A DNA stretch of 13,387 nucleotides from Thainema sp. (GCA_052168235.1 JBQLZK010000112.1:1-13387); one strand, 5' to 3'. Positions 1 to 8,173 are shown, numbered from the stretch's first letter. Notes: generated by a model from the letters alone, not told the origin. Program-made: numbers and translations.

Positions 1-307
1 GAATGGCAGAAGACCGTTGCTCAGGAAATCTGACACAAAATAAGTTGGAACTAGAAACAAGTGTTTAGGAATCCGAGAAAATACTGATTTTCAACAAATC
101 AAACATTACTTTATCTAGATTCAAAGTTTAGGTAAATTAACCCCGAATTTGGCAGTCTTAGTCACATCTCCTGTGAACAATGCACTTATAGAAGTCCCGA
201 GTTTACTCGTTGTACCGACGCATCTAAGTAAACGAGCCACCCAACTTTCACGATTGAAACGCCCCCAATCTTGCCACAAGACTGAACGTTTCATTTTCAA
301 CAATATT

Positions 308-517
308 ATGTCTTCTCTAAAAGTTTTTTTGGTTCAACTGGTCACATCTCCGAGCCAAGCAATTGTATTGGGGATAAGCTGTACTGCCATTTTAGTGGCT
401 TCTACTTTAATCAATACGGGTACACTTCAGAGTAATGATTCCGATCGCAATCGTTTTCCCGGTCGGCGTCAAGATGGTGGAACCCAGTTGATTAAGCCTC
501 CGTCTGAAATTGCATAG
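308..517 (+). CDS. Small (69 aa) putatively exported or membrane-anchored peptide with a DUF928-like PGRRxxGGT motif
   Basis: ATG at 308 lies in the 149..517 ORF frame. The product has a hydrophobic segment (AIVLGISCTAILVASTLI) followed by a polar tail containing RFPGRRQDGGTQ (PGRRQDGGT at 458-484). The upstream TTG extension to 149 shows no recognisable protein features. Confidence 0.55.
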   Translation: MSSLKVFLVQLVTSPSQAIVLGISCTAILVASTLINTGTLQSNDSDRNRFPGRRQDGGTQLIKPPSEIA

Positions 518-710
518 ACTTGTCTAACCCATGACTAACTTGCTGAATTTTACACCTGCAGGTTGTTCTCAAAAGGTTTCTCAAAAGGCAACGATTGATT
601 GTGGTGTGAACCAGGTTCATACCATGCCTATCTTGCGCTTTGCCAGGCAAAACCTAGAAGGGTAATTTACCGCCGCTTTGCGACAGTAGATCACCTCTAC
701 CTCAACCTAG

Positions 711-752
711 AAGAGGCATTTTGCTGCCACATGTGGCAGCAAAATGCCTCTT
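711..752. terminator. Perfect 42-bp palindrome; candidate intrinsic terminator or cruciform
   Basis: aagaggcattttgctgccaca (711-731) is the exact reverse complement of tgtggcagcaaaatgcctctt (732-752). It runs into T-rich sequence on the + strand. Confidence 0.5.
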
Positions 753-815
753 TTGCTACTTTTACCGACTTCTGCACAAATGCAGACAGGCTATTTTGTC
801 GTCGCCTAACAGCAT

Positions 816-918
816 TAAGTAGGTTGGCATAAATAAATGCATATCTAAAAACCGGGGGAGCGCCCCTCCGGGGCGCTCCCCCGGTTTTTAGATGCGTTTA
901 TTTATATGCAGCTACTTA
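816..918. mobile_element. 103-bp MITE-like or small dispersed palindromic element
   Basis: Termini are TAAGTAG...CTACTTA, with imperfect outer inverted repeats (ataaataaa/tttatttat). The inner stem is a perfect 24 bp (843-866 with 870-893) around a 3-nt loop. No transposase is present in the window. Confidence 0.55.
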
Positions 919-1144
919 GAAGGATCTGCTTGGATTTTGAATTGGCCAGGTGCAAGATGTGAGTACATACCCGGAATTGCTGGATGTATGGTGTGCCTCC
1001 ATATACTAAAGACTTAACCCTTGCTAAGGTGGTGAAACCGTTTACACGTCTACCAGGCTATCAAGTTTAGTGTTTAGATGCGTTCCTGTGGAATTTACCT
1101 AAAAGCTATGCTTGAGGCTATACCCACACAATCGAATTTTAGAA

Positions 1145-1158
1145 GTATCCGGATTTAC
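1145..1158. promoter_or_regulatory. Candidate NtcA-type box GTA-N8-TAC
   Basis: aGTAtccggattTACt matches GTA-N8-TAC, with the symmetry extending one more base on each side. No canonically spaced -10 box follows on the + strand. Confidence 0.25.
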
Positions 1159-1587
1159 TCATAAATTTGTTGTAAATCAAGACTAAGTACAGCTTAATCC
1201 AGTTCAATCTCGATTTGCACAGCCTGAGCTTTCATCAATCTAAGACCACTTCTTGGTCTTACGTCTTGAGCTTAATTAAATACCTTTTGATTCATAGCTC
1301 GTTGCCACCTGAATCTCAACAACAGATCAGGCAGCAATCGTTAATAAGCTACTGACTGACTCACAAAGATCTCTAAACAGCTTTTATTCAAGCAAATTAT
1401 CTACAGCGATTCATGCAAGACCCAGATCAAAACATTCAAATGGTTTCTATGAAAAGTTTATTCTCTAAAAAACTAAAATATGTTCCAACAGTAGATCTAG
1501 GATCAACCATGAAATCGATAACAAATCAAACATAGAGCACCACGGTTGAACTCGATAAGCGTACTGTTGTGTCATCTGCTGCGAAAT

Positions 1588-4119
1588 ATGCCCGTTTTCA
1601 GACCATCTTGGATTGAACGAGTCCCCTCATGGATAAAACCCACGATTGAGTTTCGTGGTCGTTCTATTTTGTTATCTGGATTAATTACCACAACAATTCT
1701 AACGGTTTGTCAAACATTCCGGCTAACAGAACCACTAGAGCTTTTTCTATTTGATCAAGGCATTCGTCTGATTCAAGATCAAGAGGATGATCCACGCCTA
1801 TTAGTGGTTGGCATAACGGACGAAGATGTTGCGGCCTATGGTTGGCCGCTACCGGAAGAAACACTAGCCGACTTGCTTGAAAACTTGCAGCAGCATGAGC
1901 CGCGAATTATTGGCTTAGATCTATTCCGCACTCAAGCTCAATCAGAAAAGTTGACGGCCCAACTGAAGGAAGATAATTTGATCGCCATCAGTAAAATAGA
2001 TGAAAACGGCGATTTTCTCCTGTCACAAAAATCAGATTTAGTCCCTCGGAAGCGAATCGGCTTTAGCGACCTACTCATTGATCCAGATAGCATCGTCCGC
2101 CGTAGCTTACTGTTCGTCAATGTAGAAGAACCGACTGAACCAGCCTTTTATTCATTTGCACTACGAGCTGTTTTAAGCTACTTAAATATTGATGAAACTG
2201 AGTTCAGGCCCGATAAGGATTCACTACACATTCAGAATGTTGAGATTCCCATTCTCAGGGTTGGTGATGGCGGGTATCAAAATATTGATGATGGTGGGTA
2301 TCAAATGCTACTGCGCTATCGCGATCGCATTAGTCCGGCCCCTCAGCTTTCTCTAGACGAAGTCCTGAATCAATCGTTCGATCCGGCTCTAGTAAGAGAC
2401 AAGATTGTCTTAATTGGTGGTACTGATGCATCGTCCAAAGATGAGTTTTACACGCCCTATAGCGCGGTTCTAGTCGATGACTTTGTCATGCCGGGAGTTG
2501 TTGTTCATGCACAAATAATTAGCCACCTTTTAGATATTGTCAATAATTCATCACGCACAGTTTATTGGTTTCTACCAGTTTGGTTAGAACCCGGATGGTT
2601 ATTTATTTGGGCAATTTTAGCAGGCATCATTACCTGGCGCATTCGCCGTCCTGTATTTTTACTATTTGCCAGTATTCTTTTAATTGCAGCCATTCTAGGA
2701 GTGAGCCATTCGCTACTGCTAGGTCTAATTTGGGTGCCAACCGCTGAACTCATCTTAGGGATTTTGATGGCGGTAGGTCTGAATACGGGACAGCGCTTAC
2801 TATACCAAAGCGCTTATGATGAATTGACCCAACTACCCAAACGGGATCTATTCGTCAACCTAGTTCATAAAGCACTCCAGCAACAGCAAAATAATCCGGG
2901 TACACCATCCGTCATCATTGCCTTTTTAGAAATTGAACGGATTAACTTAATTAACAAAAGCTTGGGCTATCGAGCTGGCGATCGAGTACTGACCTTTGTT
3001 ACGGAACAACTGAAGCAGGATTTACCGTTTAACACGCAGGTCGCCCGAATTGGCGATAGCGAATTCGCCATTTTATTTAAGCAAAATACTCAAGCCGCTG
3101 TGCAAAGCACACTTGAACAACTACAAGACACCTTATCTAAACCCATGACATTAGATAAGCATCGGCTTTTGCTCACTCCCCATTTAGGCGTTTCAATTGC
3201 TCAGGGACAGCAATCTTATGATCCTGACAACTTGATCCGCAACGCACATTTGGCGATGTATCAAAGTAAGGCTTCATCCCAAGCTAAGCATACCTTTTTC
3301 TCAACTAGCATGCTGACGGAGAATGTGCATCGACTGCAGTTGGAAAGCGATTTGTTAACGGCAGTTGAGCAAGAACAGTTTCATTTAGCTTATCAACCTA
3401 TTGTTTGTTTAAAGTCGAATACGATTGCCGGATTTGAAGCCCTGGTTCGCTGGCAACAGGCTAATGGTTCATTTATTTCACCCACTAAATTTATCCCAAT
3501 TGCCGAAGAAACCGGGCTAATTCTCTTATTAGGAGAATGGGTATTTCGGACTGCCTGCCAACAGCTACAGCATTGGAAAGCCGCTTTTCCAGATCAGCGG
3601 TTGGTTATGAGCATCAACTTATCAAGCTGTCAGTTTAGCCAGCCTAATTTGATCCAGATGATCCGAGAAACACTGGAGAGTCTCAATCTGCAAGGGCAGG
3701 ATATTCGTCTCGAAATCACTGAAAGTATGGTGATGGAAGATATTCACCAATCAATTCAGCTCATGATGCAGTTTCGAGAATTGGGAATTCAACTTGGTAT
3801 TGATGATTTCGGTACTGGATACTCATCATTGAGCTATCTGCATCGATTGCCTTTTGATACGCTCAAAATCGACAAATCATTTGTTGGGCACATGGAATCC
3901 AATCGAGAAGACTATGCGATTGTCAACACAATTTTAGATTTGGGGCACTCACTCAATATCAACGTCGTGGCAGAAGGTGTGGAGACACTGGAGCAGGTCA
4001 AATTACTGCAACAGCATCAGTGTCAGTATGGACAGGGCTATTTCTTTGCACGACCGCTGGATGCAGTTCAGGCGACGAAGTTTTTGCATGAGTCGCGATG
4101 GATGAAGGGTAGGGATTAG
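1588..4119 (+). CDS. CHASE2-GGDEF-EAL membrane sensor; probable c-di-GMP phosphodiesterase with a degenerate GGDEF domain
   Basis: CHASE2 motifs (PRLLVVGITDED, WPLP, PRIIGLDLFR, DPDSIVRR, MPGVVVHAQ) are followed by three TM helices. The GGDEF-like region reads YDELTQLP...ARIGDSEF. The EAL domain is intact (GFEALVRW, INLS, LEITES, DDFGTGYSSLSYL, KIDKSF, AEGVET, GQGYFF). The first ATG is at 1588; the ORF is open from TTG 1546, so the start is uncertain. Confidence 0.93.
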   Translation: MPVFRPSWIERVPSWIKPTIEFRGRSILLSGLITTTILTVCQTFRLTEPLELFLFDQGIRLIQDQEDDPRLLVVGITDEDVAAYGWPLPEETLADLLENLQQHEPRIIGLDLFRTQAQSEKLTAQLKEDNLIAISKIDENGDFLLSQKSDLVPRKRIGFSDLLIDPDSIVRRSLLFVNVEEPTEPAFYSFALRAVLSYLNIDETEFRPDKDSLHIQNVEIPILRVGDGGYQNIDDGGYQMLLRYRDRISPAPQLSLDEVLNQSFDPALVRDKIVLIGGTDASSKDEFYTPYSAVLVDDFVMPGVVVHAQIISHLLDIVNNSSRTVYWFLPVWLEPGWLFIWAILAGIITWRIRRPVFLLFASILLIAAILGVSHSLLLGLIWVPTAELILGILMAVGLNTGQRLLYQSAYDELTQLPKRDLFVNLVHKALQQQQNNPGTPSVIIAFLEIERINLINKSLGYRAGDRVLTFVTEQLKQDLPFNTQVARIGDSEFAILFKQNTQAAVQSTLEQLQDTLSKPMTLDKHRLLLTPHLGVSIAQGQQSYDPDNLIRNAHLAMYQSKASSQAKHTFFSTSMLTENVHRLQLESDLLTAVEQEQFHLAYQPIVCLKSNTIAGFEALVRWQQANGSFISPTKFIPIAEETGLILLLGEWVFRTACQQLQHWKAAFPDQRLVMSINLSSCQFSQPNLIQMIRETLESLNLQGQDIRLEITESMVMEDIHQSIQLMMQFRELGIQLGIDDFGTGYSSLSYLHRLPFDTLKIDKSFVGHMESNREDYAIVNTILDLGHSLNINVVAEGVETLEQVKLLQQHQCQYGQGYFFARPLDAVQATKFLHESRWMKGRD

Positions 4120-4245
4120 GGGTTGAGGAGGGAGGAGTGAGAAGTGATAGAGGATGGAGATTGGGATAAGGGCTATAAGGGGTTGTAGAGCTAGCTGTAA
4201 AGGGAAGGGGGGAGGTAGAGGAGAAATTTTAAGGGGAAAAGGGTT
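4107..4245 (+). repeat. Purine/G-rich low-complexity tract between convergent genes
   Basis: Strongly G/A-rich and nearly C-free on the + strand, with several G runs. It spans the stop codons of the PDE gene and cobA-hemD. Confidence 0.6.
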
Positions 4246-5824
4246 GGTGGCTGGCAACCCAGGAGATGATGGCTTGAGTTAGGCCGTCCAGGGTATATTC
4301 TTGGGCCTCAATATCGACGCGGCCTAGGAGTTCAGTGCAGGCTTGGGAGGTTTGGGGGCCGATGGAGGCAATGGAGACTGACTGAAACCAGCGATTGCAG
4401 ATCGATAATCCTGGAGTTGCTTCAATTAGCTGGCAGAAGTTTTTGACCGTTTTAGAACTGGCGAAGGTGATCACGTCAACTTGGCCAGATTTTAGAGCTT
4501 GGAGCGCATTTGCATCGATTTGGTGAGGACAGCCAGATTCGTAGGCAGGCACTTCCACGACTTCCGCACCGCGATCGCAAAATTCCTGCACCAGCAGTTC
4601 GCGCCCGCCGGTTTCGACACGGGGGAACAGAAGGCGCGCGCCTTTTAAGTCTTCAACGGGGAAGGATTCCACCATTGAATCGGCGACGAAGTTGGGCGGA
4701 ATGAAGTCGGGCTGGAGCCCTTTTTCCGCTAGCACCTTGGCCGTTTTCTTACCCACAACAGCAATGCGTAAGCTGGCCAGCGATCGCGCATCTAACCCTT
4801 GCTCTAGCAAACGCTGAAAGAAGTAATTAACGCCGTTGCTGGAGGTGAGAATGAGCCAGTCAAAGGTATCAATTTCTGCGATCGCACGATCGAGTTCAGC
4901 CCAGCTTGAGGGAGGCGTAATCTCTAGCGCGGGCATATCTACCGTTTTGGCTCCCTGCGCCACCAGCAGATCGTTAAACTGGCTGGACTGTCCGGCAGAG
5001 CGGGTAACAAGGACAGTGCAGTTTTTCAGCGGCAGCGGGTGAGTTTGTGTCGATGGCGTGGGCATAAGCGGTGGTTCGGACGATTTCAACATGGAATGCA
5101 GACGGACAACTTCACCAATCACAATGACGCTGGGCGAAAGGCGAATGTTTTGGGTATCCCATGCGACGTGACCCAGTTCGCTAATCCAAACTTGCTGTTG
5201 GGGATGGGCCGCCCAGCGGATGACGGCTACAGGTGTAGAAGCGAGCTTACCATGTCGCTGGAGTCGCTCAGCAATGTCAGATAAATTACGAGTTCCCATC
5301 AGCACCACCAGCGTTTCGATCCGAGCTAAAGCTGACCAGTCAAGCGAATCTGGATCATGACCAGTAACCACTGCAAAGCTGCGGCTGACTACCGGATCGG
5401 TCAAGGGAATGCCCATCAATAGCGGTGCAGCTAGAGCCGAAGAAATTCCCGGCACCGCTTCAAACCGACAATTCATTTGCTGCAGGGCTTGAATTTCCTC
5501 AGCGCAGCGCCCATAGATAAACGGATCGCCGCTTTTGAGCCGTACAACCTGCTTGCCGGCCAAGCACTGCTCCACCAGGAGGCGGTTGATATCCGCCTGA
5601 GGCGTACTGGGTTTGCCGCCTCGTTTACCAACCTCAAAGGTTTGGCAGTCTGCGGGGATGAGGGACATCAGCGCCGGATCAATCAACGCATCGTAAACTA
5701 GCACCTCCGCCTGCGACAGCAACTCCTGTGCCCGCACGGTTAAATATGCGATCGCACCTGGCCCTGCCCCCACCAAATACACCTTACCTTGGCGAGTTGT
5801 TCCACTGTCTGCCCAGTTCATCAT
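4229..5824 (-). CDS. cobA: Uroporphyrinogen-III C-methyltransferase / uroporphyrinogen-III synthase fusion (CobA-HemD)
   Basis: N-terminal SUMT motifs GKVYLVGAGPG, VLVYDAL, VVRLKSGDPFIYGR, VPGISS. C-terminal HemD motifs VLVTR, WLILTSSNGV, AVVGKKTA, ITFASSKTV, SIGPQTS. The start is ATG 5824 or 5821. Confidence 0.95.
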   Translation of the reverse strand: MMNWADSGTTRQGKVYLVGAGPGAIAYLTVRAQELLSQAEVLVYDALIDPALMSLIPADCQTFEVGKRGGKPSTPQADINRLLVEQCLAGKQVVRLKSGDPFIYGRCAEEIQALQQMNCRFEAVPGISSALAAPLLMGIPLTDPVVSRSFAVVTGHDPDSLDWSALARIETLVVLMGTRNLSDIAERLQRHGKLASTPVAVIRWAAHPQQQVWISELGHVAWDTQNIRLSPSVIVIGEVVRLHSMLKSSEPPLMPTPSTQTHPLPLKNCTVLVTRSAGQSSQFNDLLVAQGAKTVDMPALEITPPSSWAELDRAIAEIDTFDWLILTSSNGVNYFFQRLLEQGLDARSLASLRIAVVGKKTAKVLAEKGLQPDFIPPNFVADSMVESFPVEDLKGARLLFPRVETGGRELLVQEFCDRGAEVVEVPAYESGCPHQIDANALQALKSGQVDVITFASSKTVKNFCQLIEATPGLSICNRWFQSVSIASIGPQTSQACTELLGRVDIEAQEYTLDGLTQAIISWVASHQPFSP

Positions 5825-6190
5825 CCCAAGTCATCACCTTTTGAGGACTACCAAATTTTAAACGGCAGACGGCTGCAAATCGGCATAACAAGTGGAACGA
5901 GGGTGAATCGTAACGCTGATCGATATTTACATATTGCAACATCTGGTCAACTTATCCAGCTCAATTCGCACTGGCAAACAGCTCAGCAAAACAGCCAAAA
6001 CGCCCTCGTTCAAAGAACTTGAGCATTTTGGCTAATCGCAGTCCCTATCTCAAGACAGAGACGAGAGTGAATAAATTTCCTCAATTTAGCTGACCCCAAT
6101 GTCTCCTTTAGCGCGTCGTGTGAGCGATGAATCAAACCCGGTCAATCTAGTATCCCTAGAGGCATCGACGCAAAATTTACAGATTTCGTT

Positions 6191-6216
6191 TCTACAAAAC
6201 TGATCTACAAAACTGA
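6191..6216 (+). repeat. Perfect 13-nt tandem duplication adjoining the DUF1206 RBS
   Basis: tctacaaaactga occurs at 6191-6203 and 6204-6216. A GAGG RBS lies at 6215-6218. Confidence 0.7.
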
Positions 6217-6226
6217 GGTAGTGGAC

Positions 6227-7042
6227 ATGCAACGGCAAACAGGTCGAGAAACAGCTAAATGGGTAGAGGTTTTATCGCGTCTCGGCATTGCAGCTAAAGG
6301 AATTGTGTATGCACTGGTGGGAATCTTGGCGCTGCAAGCTGCGTTTGGAGCAGGAGGCCAAGCCACTGATCAACAGGGAGCATTTGGCACTGTTATTTCT
6401 CAGCCATTCGGCAAATTTTTATTGTCGCTCATTGCACTTGGCCTGATTGGTTATGTTGTTTGGCGACTGGTGCAGACCTTCAAAGATCCGGATCGCAACG
6501 GCACGGATGCAGAAGGATTGCTCAAGCGATTTGCCTATTTCATCAGCGCAGTTATCTACGGTGCATTGGCTTTCGCCGCGATTCAAATCGTTCTAGGCAA
6601 CTCCTCTGGTTCTTCCGGTGATTCATCTGCGCAGGACTGGACGGCGCGCTTGATGTCGCAACCGTTCGGTCAGTGGCTGGTTGGTACGGTGGGAGCGATC
6701 ATTATTGCGATCGCGTTTTATCACTTCTATCAAATGTTTTCGGCCAAATTTCGCAAATATTTCAAGTGGCACGAAATGAGCCAAACTGAGCGCACCTGGT
6801 CAACTCGGCTCGGTCGCTTAGGACACGGAGCCAGAGGTGTGACGTTTTTGATTATTGGTGGATTCTTTATCCAGGCTGCGATTCGAGCCAATCCCAATGA
6901 AGCAAGAGGTTTGGGTGGTGCGTTACGCACACTCGAACAACAGCCCTATGGGCCTTGGCTGCTCGGTCTAGTCGCGCTGGGTTTCATTGCTTACGGCATC
7001 TATTTAGAGGCTCGTGCCCGCTATCGCCGGATTGCCATGTAG
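6227..7042 (+). CDS. DUF1206 domain multi-pass membrane protein
   Basis: Three repeated units, each with R-x-G/A...G..Y/F and QPF/YG motifs (SRLGIAAKGIVY...QPFG; KRFAYFISAVIY...QPFG; GRLGHGARGVTF...QPYG). ATG 6227 lies 8 nt after GAGG; GTG 6221 is an alternative start. Confidence 0.85.
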   Translation: MQRQTGRETAKWVEVLSRLGIAAKGIVYALVGILALQAAFGAGGQATDQQGAFGTVISQPFGKFLLSLIALGLIGYVVWRLVQTFKDPDRNGTDAEGLLKRFAYFISAVIYGALAFAAIQIVLGNSSGSSGDSSAQDWTARLMSQPFGQWLVGTVGAIIIAIAFYHFYQMFSAKFRKYFKWHEMSQTERTWSTRLGRLGHGARGVTFLIIGGFFIQAAIRANPNEARGLGGALRTLEQQPYGPWLLGLVALGFIAYGIYLEARARYRRIAM

Positions 7043-7052
7043 TACCAAAATG

Positions 7053-7093
7053 ATTTTTGTGAAAGCGTTGCTGAGCAACGCTTTCACAAAAAT
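7053..7093. repeat. Perfect inverted repeat (20-bp arms, 1-nt centre); possible terminator or mRNA-stabilising hairpin
   Basis: atttttgtgaaagcgttgct-g-agcaacgctttcacaaaaat begins 11 nt after the DUF1206 stop codon. Confidence 0.7.
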
Positions 7094-7147
7094 TATCGAG
7101 TTTTAAACGGACTGTGGATAAACAGCAGCAGAGGAGACAAAACGGAC

Positions 7148-8122
7148 GTGTCAGGCAAACAAATTTGGCAATTATTAAAAGAAACATTCACCGAATGGCA
7201 GCAGGATAAAGCCTCTCGACTAGCGGCAGCATTGTCTTACTACACAGCTTTTTCACTTGCGCCGCTATTGATTTTAGCGATTGCGATCGCAGGTGCCATC
7301 TTTGGTCAAGAAGCGGCACGGGGTGAGTTGGTCGGCCAGTTGCAGGGACTGATTGGTCAAGATGGGGCAGAATTTATTGAAACCGCCATCGACAATGCCA
7401 ATCGGCCCTCCAGCAATTCGGGGCTCATCGCCTCCCTGATCAGCCTTGTCATCCTGCTGTTTGGTGCGTCAGGGGTTTTTACTCAGCTCCAGGACGCCCT
7501 CAACGACATTTGGAACGTCACGCCTAAACCTGATCAGGGCATCAAGCTCATCGTTCAAAAGCGCGTGCTGGCCTTTGGCATGATCTTGGTGATTGGATTT
7601 TTGCTGCTTGTGTCTTTGGTGCTGAGCACTGCCATTTCCGCCCTGACTACCTTCATGACAGGCTGGGTCGCCGATTTCAGTTGGCTGTGGCAAATTGTCA
7701 ATCTAGCGCTGTCTCTGGCCGTGATCACTGGCCTATTTGCGCTGATTTACAAGTACCTACCCGATGCCCGAGTCCGCTGGAATGATGTTTTAACTGGCGC
7801 ATTTATCACAGCGCTTTTATTCACCATTGGTAAATTTTTAATTGGCCTTTATCTCGGCAACAGCAGCTTTAGTTCCACATACGGCGCAGCAGGTTCGCTG
7901 ATTGTGATTTTGGCCTGGGTGTATTACTCGGCTCAAATTCTATTTTTCGGAGCGGAATTTACGCAGGTCTATGCCCGTCGCTATGGTTCACAGATTGAGC
8001 CGGATGAGTACGCCACTCGCACGTTATCGCCGATGGAGCAGGCCGATCAAGCCGCCGAATCGCAAGACAATCGCCGCTCAGGTCGCCTATCTGAACAAGA
8101 GCGCAAACGCAAATACGGATAA
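7148..8122 (+). CDS. YihY/virulence factor BrkB family membrane protein
   Basis: Motifs LAAALSYYTAFSLAPLL, LQDALNDIW, IYKYLPD, YGAAGSLIVILAWVYYSAQILFFGAEF. GTG start with a GAGGAG RBS upstream. Confidence 0.92.
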   Translation: MSGKQIWQLLKETFTEWQQDKASRLAAALSYYTAFSLAPLLILAIAIAGAIFGQEAARGELVGQLQGLIGQDGAEFIETAIDNANRPSSNSGLIASLISLVILLFGASGVFTQLQDALNDIWNVTPKPDQGIKLIVQKRVLAFGMILVIGFLLLVSLVLSTAISALTTFMTGWVADFSWLWQIVNLALSLAVITGLFALIYKYLPDARVRWNDVLTGAFITALLFTIGKFLIGLYLGNSSFSSTYGAAGSLIVILAWVYYSAQILFFGAEFTQVYARRYGSQIEPDEYATRTLSPMEQADQAAESQDNRRSGRLSEQERKRKYG

Positions 8123-8133
8123 GCAACATCACA

Positions 8134-8173
8134 TAGGGCAGACAGTCCCGCTCAGGCGGGACTGTCTGCCCTA
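8134..8173. repeat. REP-like GC-rich hairpin (18-bp arms, 4-nt loop) between convergent genes
   Basis: tagggcagacagtcccgc-tcag-gcgggactgtctgcccta. Read on the minus strand it begins GTAGGGC, as in GTAG-class REPs. Confidence 0.65.

Noticed and set aside
1..33. Possible 3' end of an upstream gene (EWQKTVAQEI-stop)
   Set aside because: Too short to support from this window.
149..307. N-terminal extension of the peptide ORF and the antisense ORF 121..303
   Set aside because: No recognisable features; ATG 308 gives a more coherent small exported protein.
452..487. PatS/PatX identity for the small peptide
   Set aside because: The RG[ST]GR pentapeptide is absent; only the general architecture is similar.
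599..832. 77-aa ORF
   Set aside because: It has a TTG start, runs through several palindromes and has no protein-like features; probably spurious.
1073..1084. 12-nt match (tttagatgcgtt) to 887-898 of the MITE-like element
   Set aside because: Short, AT-rich and isolated; could be chance.
518..1545. CRISPR array, tRNA or IS in the long spacer
   Set aside because: No regularly spaced direct repeats, cloverleaf or transposase-like ORF was seen.
4003..4257. 84-aa Pro/Leu-rich minus-strand ORF
   Set aside because: An artefact of reading the C/T-rich strand of the low-complexity tract; it overlaps both flanking genes.
6125..6190. GACGCAAA suggesting a c-di-GMP-I riboswitch
   Set aside because: The upstream GGCAAA/GNRA-tetraloop stem and the P1 pairing are not evident.
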